NCBI GenBank assembly: GCA_002633005.1
Contig: NMRA01000406.1
Location: 193,942-257,941, forward strand
From: Phoronis australis
Lineage: Eukaryota > Animalia > Phoronida
DNA length: 64,000 nt
Reading direction: 5' to 3'
Every line of letters starts with the position of its first letter. The stretch's first letter is position 1. Position numbers and translations under genes: made by a program. Below the pieces are notes generated by a model. That model saw only the letters and a list, made by a program, of their open reading frames with translations. It had not been told where the DNA came from and made no database searches. This document shows positions 51,251 through 64,000 of the stretch, piece by piece.

Positions 51251-54200
51251 TTCAAAAAACTTCATGACTCCCGCAGGTAACTTTACATTACTCAAATTCT
51301 AATGGAGACAATGGCATGAACGTTCATTCTACTAGTAAACTGAACCTTTTTTAGTAATTGGTGTAACATTAGTAGTTACTCATACGCCAGTAATGTTTCT
51401 CATACCGAGCAAGACCAATAAATATTACACCCACCTCATACACAAATAGCAATTCACATACTAAATAAGTTACCAATACATTAAGTTTCATAGTTAGTAT
51501 GGCATGCTTTCAACAGACAGGAATGGTACTGTTATAAACAAAGAACAGCTGTGTAGATCACAGAATCAACATTAAGCCATAACATAGGAGCCAGTTATCT
51601 CCTGCAATACACATAATAGTTTACCATGCACCTTGTTCTGAGGGGTTTGTTGCATAACTCATTAATGTAGACTGTGATTAGTCTGGAGATGGGTTTGATG
51701 CCTCAAGCCAGCTCTATTTTGACTGAAACCTTTTAATTATGACAAGCTTTCAACACCACCTCACCAAGTATGATTAAGTGGACCATGTTGAATGTAGGGC
51801 ATTTCCGCCTATAAATTACTTGAAATGAACAAATGGATAATCAGGCACACATTCTGTAGCTAAAACCAGGCACACAGACACTAAATTGTAGTCTCATTAG
51901 CACCTGTAGAAGAATATTGAAGATCAAATACCTCACTCGGTTATACAATTTTTAAGACATGTCTGAACGAAAAGTTCAACAGTAGTTATTTGGTTATAGA
52001 TGCTCTCATATAAAAATGACCTTTCTGGCAAGTTTCGCTTTCCTAAAGAAAGGTTTTCTTAAATTGAAGAGATTTTACCATTAGTGCCAGCAGGGTATAA
52101 TATCCTTAGATGAGTTTATAATGTTAATGAATCAAGTTTGAAGCCAACTTTATTAACAAAGTAACCTCACCACCTTGGTCTCATTATGGCCAGGAACAAC
52201 ATGTTAGAAGACCTACCTTTCACAACATGAGAACATCAACAACAAAACCAGCAGGCGGTAAGAGAGAGAGATCATAGGTATGCAGATAAGAACAAGGTCT
52301 ATAGAATGTCTTAACTAAAACCCTCTAGGTATGAAGAACAGAATATGAAGACTGATCAGCCAAACAACTCACTTGTGATGAGACGTTATGATAGTCTTGC
52401 TCCAATGACTGTCATCAACACATTATACAAAACTATACAAAATATAACAAATGAGGAATCCAGTGTCATGGAAATAATGTCCCAGCGACCAATCAACATT
52501 AGACTCAAAAATTCATAATGCATTTCCGAAGCCAACTTTGTCAATAGGGTATAATTAATCACTGGAAATGAAGATAGCCCCTCAACAAGGCACCAGTGCC
52601 TGATGTACCCCTAGGGCTGTTGCAACCAGCTTTTCAACCCCCCCCCCCCCCAGCCCTTGACCAAAAACTCCTCATAGAGACTAGTCTATGAGAGCACACA
52701 CTACACTACACATTTGACAATCCAATCATACAGGGATGTGGCCATGGGTGTTCACCACTCCTGTCAGTTTAAGCAGGCAACAGTAACTAAAACAGTACAC
52801 CTCTCACTTGTTCCAGTCCATTAATGCTTTTGACATCCATACCAGTAAACACTTGTCCCACAAACCAACATATAACTTCAGAGCTCGAATAAGGCAACAG
52901 AAATCTTTAAATACACCTCAGCACTCAATATCCCAATCCACCAACCTAAGCATACAGTTTCTGCAGTTATAAATGGGCTATAAATTATCTATCAACAACT
53001 ACCTAGAAATCCCAAGTCAGTGTCTGAGGCCTCTAGATCAAACAAGCTATCAACACCCAACACAAGTTTATCTCAGAACAAACAGGGTTGAGGTGACATT
53101 AGGGCAATAGGGTTATGTTTCTCTCTTGACATGAATACATGTACAGATTACTAAAATGCATTTAAAACAAAAATTACTATTGGCATAGAACAGTGATTAC
53201 AATATGGCCTGTATTTAGGACAAACCTTTGTATAATTTTATCAAGTTAATAGTAGTCAAGATTTCACCAAAGCTTACCAACAGTTTTGTTTTACATGACA
53301 ACATTAATATGATTAAAAAATATTAACTAGGAAAGACAACTTAGCCAAGCGCATGTCTATGAAATACCACTGAAGGTCAAAATCACTATGTTAATGTCTT
53401 CAGTACAGAGATTTCTAGTACAAAATGCCCTCTGGGCTAAATGGTAATAACAGATATCTGTAACTTGATTGCAGGCGCTTCTGTCTGAATAGAATTAAGC
53501 AGTCGCATTTGAAAGGAATGGTGAGGAATGATGGAAAATTCACATTAAGGAGATAATAAAATGACCAGTTATGGTCATCCATGTAATATACTTGGAATTT
53601 ACGATCATAATTAGAGTCACTTAATTTTCTCTCACAAAATGTTGCATTGGCTCGTGAACAACTGCTAACATCTACCAGTCTGTTTTTAAAGTTAAGAGTT
53701 TGAAGAATCATATCATTAATGTCTCAGCACAGTGACAACAAATCACAAACTGGCTAAAAAGGCAAGCATTCAACAGTTACTTGTGCTGGCACCTGGTGGC
53801 CTAATTTACCCCACAACTGCTGAAGTGTTCATTTATAAGTACCTCTCCAGCCAGACACAGAGGATACACATGCCAGTGTAAATAAACCAATTTACCACAG
53901 AGAGTGAACCCAGACAGAACATGCTTTGACAACAATTCTGGCTTTAAAAGCCACTTAAGTGGTGTAGAAACTAACTGTTGGTGAAAATGAACAGTTCATT
54001 TGCCTGACTAATAAGATACTGTTTTCGCCACTGAAAACTGTTGGCATTTTCACCTGAACACAGTAGGAATGACCATGAAGAGGCTTACCAATACCATGAT
54101 TAATGTCAAGTTCTGCTTGTGAATCAGACACATTAATGGTGATCAAGCAAGACCAGGACATTTGTCATGGTGCTGGTTGAACTCAGAGGTGGAGGAATCA

Positions 54201-56965
54201 CAAATTAAGGGGTTGTCAATATCTTTCTGAAGAAGATTCTGAAATACCAGTAGAGTTTATTCAAAGGGTTTTAGAAATTGGGAGTGATATGTCAGTTGAA
54301 ATTTGAGCACAAAATACATCACGGGAAAAGCAAGAAAATATTTAAAATAACAAAATGAGTTGATGATAAATCAGCTGCCATTTTTTTCAAATGAAAAATA
54401 AAATGAAGTTTAGATAATATGAGTTAATCATGACATCCAAATGCTAGTAATAATGGTCAGTTTAACTGCTTTATTATGCAACATTTGGCTGGTGAAGATT
54501 AACAGACTCAGAGCTGCCATCTTGCCCATAACCCTTCAGACAGCAGATAAGTACCACCTGGACAGCACCTGGTAAAGTTGGTGAACAGAGCTGATGCATA
54601 CTGACCAGCTCAAATAACTGATGACCAATGAACAACACAGTGATTAATATTCCCATCTTCAGGTACCCATTCAAAAAACCTGCCATACCAAGAGGTCATG
54701 TCCAGAAAATTCATCAATGGTCACAAAATGATAGAGTGGCTCCTTCAACCAAAGTCTGCTAACAGGAAAAATTAAGATGAAATAAACCTCATCAAAGAGA
54801 GAAACTACTCGAAACATGAACAGTCCTCTCAAAGGACTGGAATCGGAAACACTTGAAGCCAACTAGTTTCAAGAAATCCTTATAAACTGTGACAGTGAGT
54901 CCATCCTACCTTTCAGCTCGTCAACTCAACCCATGTGAGCCAACACTAGCACACTTTCACAGCGTACTAGTCCATAACTTTATAAAATACTCTGGGCTTT
55001 TAGTAGAGGTAATTCTTCACCCAGTCAATATTTATCATTCAAACAGTCTCAATCGATACTGAACACAACAGTAATACCTGTAAAGACTGATGATCGCATT
55101 CAATCATGTTTGTTTAATGTTCTCAGATGATAAATGTTTCATTGATTGACTGTGATCATAGTGTCACAGATACTAAGCACTAGGGGGCAACACAAACCAG
55201 ACATTCATCTGACAGCCATCTGCTAGATATGGTTATTTTCACAGTGAAATGTGGTGAAATTAATGTGCAAAATGAAATTTGAAAAAACTTCTCAAATTTC
55301 GGGCAAAAATAAATGCCATTTTTCCAGATCTTAAACAATTTTGTGAATGCTGAAGTTTTTTTAAAATATTATCTGATAGTGTAACATGTAACTGATTTCA
55401 CACAAAAATAATAGTCAACAATGCAATTTTTCATTTTTTCAGAGGCTTCTCGCATTGTTGTGAATGTCCAGAATTTTCCAAAACCTTGTTTGATAGTACA
55501 TGTGGTACAAAACTTGAAAATGGAACTCTGGTAAAGAACTTTAGCACGGTGAAGTATAAAACTGAAACAACTTATGCTCTATGAAAAATCAGAAAATAAA
55601 ACTTCCCTTGTCTGCCATATTGTGTAAGCATCGATGAGATTTTCCCATAGACACATCTTTTGTTACAGATGTGAGGACTTCTCCTATTGACTAATTCAGC
55701 GTTGCTCTTTTGTTGGTCTATCCTACAAGTCATATTTTTCGTTTGATCAGCATGAAACTTACACAACATGTATCTCATGAACAGTTTGAGGTCTAGTGTT
55801 TTAAACCAAAATCAGACCCAACATTTCAAAGCTGTCTTTTGACTCTGAGGGTATCTTCTGAAATTTACTAAGTATGTGGATAGATATTGCCAAATGCTAT
55901 CTGGAATGCAATAGAAATAACTTCCAGGTGTGTTCTCCTTAATAGCATATCAATGACGACCATGGGATAGAAATCTGCTAGTTAATCTACCAAAGTTTAC
56001 ATGGCCTGCATTTGCCATTTCTGCAATCTGAAATGTTTTTTATCTTGGCCTGTAATTGGTTTCATAACACAGACATCCAACTGGAATGGTAATGTGTTGA
56101 TGTTCATGGCACCGATACTACTTGTAAATCACCATCAACTGAATTCCATGATCACAAACTTTGAGAGTCTGCCAACAAAGTGAAAGAAGAAGTGACAACT
56201 TCAATCAGTAATTTACTAAAGGGAAGCACAGTGGACCCATGACCCCCCTATTTAAAAAGCCCTCTTTCCATTCGAAACACAGTTCAATTTCGCATTTGTC
56301 TTCTTATTCATTGCAAAGTGCCCCCAGGTTACCATTCTTCCACTCATTTCAACTAGCCTCCCCCCAATGTCCTTCCCAACAATTTTGTGTTTGTCCTCTC
56401 AATAACCTTGACTGGCATGTTGACAAGTTTGAGGACTTGCAGGTGTAAGACAAAATTCAGAGTTCATGGTCTAGTTTCAACGCTAATACTGACTATCACC
56501 TAAACTTGACATTAAATGCTCTATTTACGCTACATATGTTAACGTAATTTCTTCACGTTTTTCTTGATGGTGACAAATAATCTTAAAAAATTGCTAATTT
56601 CAAGACAGACTAACTTTTCAAACCTTACTTTTTTCCGTTATATCAATATTTTGTTCATTAATGCAGATCTATACGGAAGCAATATGGCTGCCAAAATAAC
56701 CCAACAAACCTGACCATCTGTTTAAACCTTTCTTGATTTGCATGTCAGTATTAAGAAGGTTGCCATCAGCAGGCTGTGGCAGCCAGACAGTTTTCAGCTC
56801 AAGAAAACAGGCCATACAGATGGTGAGCCAGCAACATAAAGCTCTCAGGGCAGAGCCTGGTGTTGAGTGAGACTGCAATACTCCTGTATTACTCACCAAA
56901 GTTATGTAGGACCTAATCGACATTTAACTCAACAAAAGCATATAATTCTGAAAGTAGAAGTTCAT

Positions 56966-57305
56966 AGGCAGATATAGGGGGGGCCTGGTGGCCCGGCCCC
57001 CCACCCCCCCCTTGGTTGGTGCAAGGAAAATTAAACAGCAACAGCGTGAAGTGTGAGGTAATATCTGGTTAGCGAGTTCACCAACTAGGAAAGGCAGCGG
57101 ATCAGCGGATGAGAGCGCGGCGGAATTGTGTTCCTATTTTTTGTTTTCCTTTTGTTTTTTTAGTCCTCCGATAGAATTTGGGAACACCAGGTCCTCATCG
57201 CCAGCCCCTGCAACTTTCAGGCCGCCTGTGCATACGATCGCGCTTTGCCCAATTCTCCGAGGCAACACGTTGGCCCCCCCTTATGGTACCATAGATCCGC
57301 CACTG
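56966..57305. mobile_element. hAT-type MITE with 8-bp TSD
   Basis: AAGTTCAT repeated at 56,958-56,965 and 57,306-57,313; right end tagatccgccactg, left end degenerate aggcagatata; G/C-run-rich subtermini. Confidence 0.72.
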
Positions 57306-59166
57306 AAGTTCATATGATTTGTGACTTTATACCAATCTGCCTTAGTTCCCGTGACCATGCCTTTCTAATAAAATTTAGTTCATAGGAAAACAACAGGATC
57401 AATAACATAGGCAAATTCGTATGATATAAATGTTCAAGATAATATCTGAAAAACATTCAACTTTTCTAAATCATATTGTCCACGTTCTATGCAACTTCCT
57501 TTTTTTCATACAAACCATACAAGTCTTAATTTTTGATAGCCCCTCATGCAAAAGTGTAACGTTTTAAAACAATTATTCCTTCATAGTAGTGTCATAGAGA
57601 ACAGTGTATAATGCACCCGAAAGTTTCATTATAAATCCAACCTATGATTTCTGAGATATGATGTTTCGAATTGGGCCACAATTGTACATTTTTCTACTGA
57701 GGGTCTTACAAAACATTAAGGTTATGTAAGACATTATCAATGAGGAGATTGCATGTGCATTTAGCTAAATGTTTATAGAACTGTATAATTCAACTCAGTG
57801 GAGGTAGATATTTTCTTAAAATAAAAGGACCCTAGAGTTTAAGTTTATAAAAATCTACCAGTAATTTGCTAAATGGTCACCATGCACTTTTAGTAAAACT
57901 TAGAAAATCAAAGAAAAGAAAGGTAGTAATAATCAAAAATAAGCAAAAATAAGAAAGATTTTTGTTTGAAATTTAATATCAATGGTATCTCCACATTTTT
58001 CTAAATGACCATTTCGTTTTTGCTTTATTCACCTTGTGATAAAAATCAAAGTATTATTTTTGATAGACTCTCAGATGTAAAAGTGGAACATTATAAACAC
58101 AAGTCCTAACAGCATGACTTAGTGAACAAAGCACAGCATCTGAAAGTTTCATATGAATCCAAATTTCACTTTCTGAGATACAATGTTTCGAAGTTAGCCA
58201 AATTAATTCTGTACATTTTCTAGGGTCCTACATAACTCTAAAACACGAGACCATAAACTGATGTTGAGTGAGAATGCTTGTACATGGTAATACAGAATGT
58301 CAGTAGAAACTCCTTTAGACATTACCGTAAATGAATGCCCCAGTGGGTTTTTGCTTTTGTCAGATTTTTAACATTTTTTTCTTTCACCAAACAGCCAGAA
58401 TACGGGGGGGGGGAGGTAATACATGTATAAAACTGAAAGGGGGAATTGTTTTTTCCAAAATCAGGACGACAAATCATTAACTTAATCGGTAAGTGTTAAA
58501 AGAAATCGCCTGGGGTGCGTGTTTGGAGCACAAACACGTCGTGGTTCCAGGAATGGGAGAACATTCATTGGCTATGAATATCGATTTATGCGTTTGTCGC
58601 CAAAAATTACACCACTTCATCACAAGGGGCATCCACATTTAATCTCTGAACAATGACTAATCTTGTAGTAGACTAGCGCCACTTCTATAAAAATCTACGG
58701 AGGAGGCCTATATTAATTTAACAAGATACGTTTAAAAATGGTATTTTCAGCGCTTGATTTCTTAAACAAACGCCAGCTGAAAAACATACTTTTCGAGACA
58801 ATTATTGTACACAGGTGTAAGCACGCCGTGTTTCTGCAAACACGGAAGCGTGGGTCCGAGGCGAAGCTGTGAACAAAAGCACAAGTTCAAGCTAAAGTTC
58901 TGTAATCTGTAAGTTGGAGATGGGCGATTACCCAAGCAGTGGGCGCTTAAACTGGAAACTGACGAAAAGTCGGGGACGGGCGATAACCCAGGCATGGGCA
59001 TTAACCCGTGAGTTTACGGTGACTCTTGACATGGCGCAAGATGTCAAGCGGCCGTTTACATGTAATACACAACTCAGAAACGGTGGCAAGGTGGAAGTTG
59101 TAGGCATTAATGTGGAGTGCTCATGCGCATAGATGCAAATTGAGGGAGTCACTGTTAATTATAATT

Positions 59167-59220
59167 ATTGTTGATGTTGTTGTTGTTGCTCTTGTTGTTG
59201 TTGTTGTTATTGTTGTTATG
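59167..59220. repeat. Imperfect (GTT)n microsatellite
   Basis: Visible trinucleotide run. Confidence 0.85.
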
Positions 59221-60366
59221 GTGCTTCCAATTCTCCGAAGTTTATGTAATTCGTGACATTAAGTTTTGTTTCAATGATTTTTTTTTTGATTAGCTGATTA
59301 ATGCTTTCACCAGTAGGCCTACTGTACATAACCAAGCATTGGAATTGAACCCAGTCTTGACTGTTAACAGTGTGTGATACCGTATTCTGACAATTTCCTA
59401 AAAAAGTAAATGGTGGTCAGGGTTAAAGTTAGAAGACATGGCAGCTGACTGGCAAATCGAAGAAATTCCACGAAAATGATCACCTGTATATACTAGGCTT
59501 GCGCTAGAGTTTTAAAGATTATTAGCCACAGTGGCTAAAGCATCTGAAAACTTTTAGCCATTTTCAAAAATTATTAGCCAAATACTTTCTCTTTTCCCAA
59601 CCCCCGCAATTTATAAAAATACCACTACATGGACCAAACTTTTAATTTTTCATGTTATGCACAGAAAAGACGTTTGCCTTAAGAAAAAGACAAAAAATGA
59701 TCAACATTCCAAGGTCATATAGCAACCAAATAAGTTGGAGGAGATGTCAGCCAACATGAGTTTTATTATGATCTAAAAAGTTTGGCCAGGGTTCCCCCTA
59801 TCCCCAGGTTATGGCAGGGGTACAACGGGGACATGGACATTTCAATGATGTTGACCTAAAAAATTTGGACATATCGTTGATGTTGACCAAAAAAAATACA
59901 TAACAAACTCGTTCTTCCCAGCAGCCTTCACGCCTTTCACTCCTTGAAAAGAAAACCTGTCAAGTTTCAAACAATATTTGGCACAACAAATTATGCGTTG
60001 AAAATTGGTAAAATTAGTAATGAATTATGAGAGACTGATGTAATATCAAAATAATAAATTTGAACCTTGAGTTCATGTTGCAAGTTTGAGTCAGCTCAAC
60101 TCAGTTCAGTTTTATCCCGTCAGACTTAGGCTCACACCACGTCGCAGGTGTAAAAAGTTATTGAGCCGAGACTGGGTCGCATTTACCACCGAAGTTGTTT
60201 TGCCATTGTCACATCCAGATGCCATGGCAAAACTCCATTTTCCTTCAATAGGACTGTTTTATACACCTCACGGGTATTAGTTACCCAACATACAAGTCTA
60301 CTATAACAACTTATCACACACATCACATATTTTAGAGTCATGAGGCAACTCCTACACGAACATTAG

Positions 60367-60618
60367 GGGCCTGTTCCAAGAAACTGACTTAAGTTCATTT
60401 TTAACTTAAGTTTAAGATTTGTCTTAACTTCCAAACTTTGAAACTTCGACTTTCGGTAAGCTAGTCAAAATTACGACAAAATTTACGTCAAACACTCAAG
60501 TCAAACTTAAGATCTCTTCCTTGAATTGGTTTTGAGACGAATTTAACTTTTATTTTAAAATTTACTAAAAGATTACTACGATTTGTCTCAGCTAAGTCAG
60601 TTTTGTTGGAACGGGCTC
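60367..60618. mobile_element. Harbinger-type MITE
   Basis: TIRs gggcctgttccaagaaactgactta / taagtcagttttgttggaacgggctc; TAG and CAG flanks. Confidence 0.7.
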
Positions 60619-61073
60619 CAGGTCTATTGTCACCCCAATACTATAAGCAAGCCTAAGCCAGACCAGTCCTTTCATAGAAGTTAATTGCGTAATGTACGTG
60701 GCTCAGCCACACTGCTGAAGAAAACATATTCGCAATAATGTCTCTTGCAATGCATCGATTTTAAAAATTCCAAAATGGCTAGTCCTATTCTAAAAACTGT
60801 CATTTTGGTCATTTGCCTTACTTATTCTTTGTTTGATATGCTAAACAGGCACGTTGGTTATGACCACAATTATCTCATCCAACACACGTCTAGACAAGTC
60901 CATGAATAGCCATTAGCTCACTTCGATGTGTGATGGTGCCTGTGAAGTCTTTGATGTGCCGAAAAATTTGGTGGAGGCTGTGGATGCACACATTCTCATC
61001 CACTTGCATGCTAATACTGTTAGTGTACCAGTTGCCTAATGTATCACAAATAATGAAACAATCAAGCACTTAC

Positions 61074-61577
61074 TTGTTTGCTAGTTTTCTTGAGTTGATC
61101 TTGTTCAGGTTTTTTAGTTTCTGTACAGCATCTTTTGTGAGATTTCCTTTCATCTGTTTTGCAAAACTCCATCGAAGAACTGATGACTTGAAAGGTTAGC
61201 GTTGACTTTGTTTGTTCATTTGATTGATCATCTGTTTTGAGATGATGTTTACTAGCACCTCTGGAAGAACATTTTTGTTTTCGCAACTCTGACTTCAGAT
61301 AATGGATTTCCAAATCTTTCATACGCAACACTTTCTGCAGTTCGGCCTCTGGTCTCTTCAAAATATTATATTTAAAACAATCCTGATCGCTTTGTTTTTC
61401 ATGGCGGAGTTTTTGACCCAAGCCACACAAGGCTACGTCCGACTGGTCTTGCTCTAGTTCACAGACAGCTTCCATTTTATCTTTTTCTGCTCGGAGATGT
61501 TCACGGAGCTGTGTTACTGTGTGATGTGCATCGCCAAGACTCAGACGCTGTATTCTTGGAATATTTGTTCTTGACAT
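61074..61577 (-). CDS. JAKMIP: JAKMIP-like first coding exon: MSRTNIPRIQRL...KLRHEKQSDQ...EAELQKVLRMKDLEIHYLKSEL...KKTSKQ
   Basis: Within ORF 61062..61679. Acceptor tttcacAG at 61,623-61,622, ATG at 61,577, CAA|GTaagt donor. KLRHEK...ELQKVLRMKDLEI resembles JAKMIP1 KLHEEK...EAARTAKIKEGEL. Confidence 0.75.
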
Positions 61578-62064
61578 AGTTGCGGTGTTCCAAGTTTCTA
61601 AGATGGCTTGGAGAAAAGAGGCTGTGAAATGAAATAACATGATTATTACATTTACAACAGGCAGATGACATGACATCATAAATAGAGTTCAACTAGTTTA
61701 GCCTGCCCTGACAACATGGAAATCTTTGTCAGTAAAAAGTTTGACACAAACGGTAGATTATCCCAATTTTATCAAGCAGTCAAGTACTTTATTGGCTTCA
61801 AATCCTGTCAACGCGTAAGACGCTGAGTACGCCTCGAAAACACAACATTGAACTACCAGTGCGGCACACCGATAGCCGAGCATACAGACTACGGTAGCCT
61901 AAGTACAATATGGAAACAGTAAACACAAACGAAATGTGCGACTTTGAACATATTTAAGGCCTAGGTCTACAGAAAGAATATCAACACTCAGCTTTCAACA
62001 GCTGATTATTTCCTAGGAGGAAATTAGAAGTACACATGCTGTCAGTACAGTGTGTCAAGCTTAC

Positions 62065-62250
62065 CTCCAACTTCAATCCACTTTTCAAAAGAAATTCGAA
62101 AGTTTTCACAACGAAACGGAGAGTTCCTACTCTCCACGAAGGCGTTTAGCGTTCTGACTTAGCCAGGCAGAGGAATCTCAGTAGAGTTGATGATGCTAAA
62201 TATAGAACACTCAGCGTTGTGAGATGCTCAGTGTGCGGTGGGGCTGATGA
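62065..62250 (-). other. Putative non-coding first exon / promoter-proximal region of the JAKMIP-like gene (5' boundary uncertain)
   Basis: Strong donor GAG|GTaagc at 62,065/62,064, ~440 bp upstream of the first coding exon's acceptor; locally higher CpG density. Confidence 0.45.
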
Positions 62251-63207
62251 GATTTCTGGGATTTTGACCTAATTAAGCCATGTTCCCTGCCAATGAGGTT
62301 CATCGAGCAACGGTTGAGTGAAATGTGCCAGAGACACTATCATGATAACGAAAACGGCCGCTTTTCGCCAAATCTATCCGAAAACGGGTACCAGTCGACT
62401 CTTTAATAGACATCTATAAATTAAAATTCATAAAAATCTGGCTAAGGAGTTTCAGAGGACAACGAAAAAAAATGAAGTGCCGCAAAGCGGAAGGCATTCA
62501 AATGTTATCGTTGTTTGTTGTCAACAAAACTTCACATGAATACGATAGGCTACCAACTTTTATTAAAGATTTCCTGCAGAGAGTTTAGGAGATGCAGCCA
62601 TGGGTGCAAAAAATTCCTTATGACGATCTTCCTCAGGAGTCCACTTTACAATAGAAAAATATTGGCCAATCTTCAAAACCATCCTTAGAGTTAGGTTGAT
62701 AGAGGATAGGACGCCAAAACAGATTAAAAAACTGGCCACTCGATGACGCAAAAGACGTCGAATCCATCAGAAAACGGGAATATGTCATCGAATCTTTAAT
62801 AGGAGGCTGTTTACCAAATTTCATAAAAAACATCAAGGAACTTCAGAGAAACAGATGTAAACGGAAAAAATGAAATTGCCACTAGGAAGCACGGCGTTCG
62901 TAGGATTAAACAGAAAGTCGGCGTCGTCTGTTGACAACTTTTCATGATAAAAATAGCGTAGAAAATAAATCTGAAACTAAATAAGGCGCTCCAGATCCTC
63001 CCAAGGATACTATTGTTTCACGAAATGTAGAATATAAATAGTAAATAAAACAACAAGAATGGATCAACTGAAATTTTCGGATATAATAACGTCCTTTGTC
63101 AACAGAAACAGAAATAAAGTAAAATCAAACACTATATGACAGTTGACATTTAATATGTGGCGTAATGAATATGATGCATTTTTGCGTAAAAAATTCAATG
63201 GTATAAT

Positions 63208-64000
63208 TTAAGAAGTTTTTATGTTTAATCCATGAGGTTCTAGTGTACTGAGCTTGCCTATCCAATATTGTTCTCTTTTGAGTCTGTGAGGGGTACTGGG
63301 GTGTTAGAGTTTTTCTATTATTTGTACAGAAATATCTCGAATATTATGGTTTTTTGGAATTGAAATGATTACCTATAGTATCAGAAATACTTTTATGTAT
63401 TATGTTAAATCTATGATTACGAAACCGAGTTTGTAGATTATGTTGAGTTTGTCCTACGTATTGGATAGAACATTTTTTACAAGTTATAAGGTAAATAATA
63501 TCGTTGGTGGTGCAATCAGAATAATGTTTTATTTCAAAGTTTTCATTGGTTTGGGAAGACTGGAAAAAAGTGCTATCGTTGATAAAGTTACACATTTTAC
63601 ACCTAGTTTTGTTACATTATGTATTGTCAATAGGTTTGTCAGTTTGGTGTATATTGTCGATATTAGCTTTAACTAAATAATTTTTTAGATTTTTACATTT
63701 TCTCCAAGAAATTATAGGGGGATGAGGAAATAGGTTTTTCATTTGAGGGGAAATATGCAGTGTAGAAAGATGTTTTTTGAAGACGTGGCTAATTCCGTTT
63801 AAACATGGATTGAACATAGTTATGAAAGGTATTCTATTAGTAGTATTGCCTTTAGTTTTAGTTCTTAAAGATTCATTTCGAGTAATTGAGCGGACTTTGT
63901 CAAACTGTTTGTGTATAAGATGTAAGGGGAAATGACGTTGAATTAGATAGTACTTGAGTTCTTTTAAACGGTTATTAAAGGAAGTTTCTTCTGAACAAAT
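63208..64000 (-). mobile_element. Penelope-like retroelement relic (Neptune type): RT C-terminus/linker, Cys knuckle and GIY-YIG; continues beyond the window
   Basis: IPFITMFNP...PIISWRKCKNLKNYLVKA, *CNKTRCKMC, IIYLITCKKCSIQYVGQT...RFRNH...HFN and REQYWIGKLSTLEPHGLN. In-frame stop at 63,617-63,619 and a frameshift in a homopolymer near 63,350. Confidence 0.9.

Noticed and set aside
59335-59360. B-box-like GGTTCAATTCC on the minus strand (tRNA or SINE head)
   Set aside because: No cloverleaf or convincing A box.
62560-62640. Possible hammerhead core CTGAGGA on the minus strand downstream of the Neptune-type PLE
   Set aside because: No closing helix II strand or correctly placed GAAA visible.

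Overview
AT-rich eukaryotic (most likely invertebrate animal) genomic DNA, not prokaryotic: I found no operons, rRNA, tRNA or CRISPR arrays. Nearly the whole window is one minus-strand multi-exon gene for a JAKMIP-family coiled-coil protein (Janus kinase and microtubule-interacting protein). It has a putative 5'UTR exon near 62.1 kb and 11 coding exons from 61,577 to the window edge, and every coding intron I could resolve is GT-AG, phase 0. Its 35.4-kb intron (555-35,934) holds a nested plus-strand gene with one coding exon (ATG 29,483 to stop 32,752). That gene encodes a type I membrane receptor: signal peptide, ~21 LRRs, LRRCT, one Ig domain, Thr/Pro mucin stalk, TM helix and a Tyr-motif tail. 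One JAKMIP exon (37,873-37,956) lies between two minisatellites that reiterate its acceptor and donor sites. The introns also carry a DD37D (maT) Tc1/mariner relic, a 3.4-kb TIR element with subterminal GCCGACC repeats, a THAP-bearing ISL2EU-like mini-element, Harbinger- and hAT-type MITEs, a Penelope-like retroelement relic with a mutated hammerhead ribozyme, microsatellites and a dense CACCTG E-box cluster; a second Penelope-like relic lies just upstream of the gene. Family assignments come from recognised motifs and remembered sequences, not database searches.
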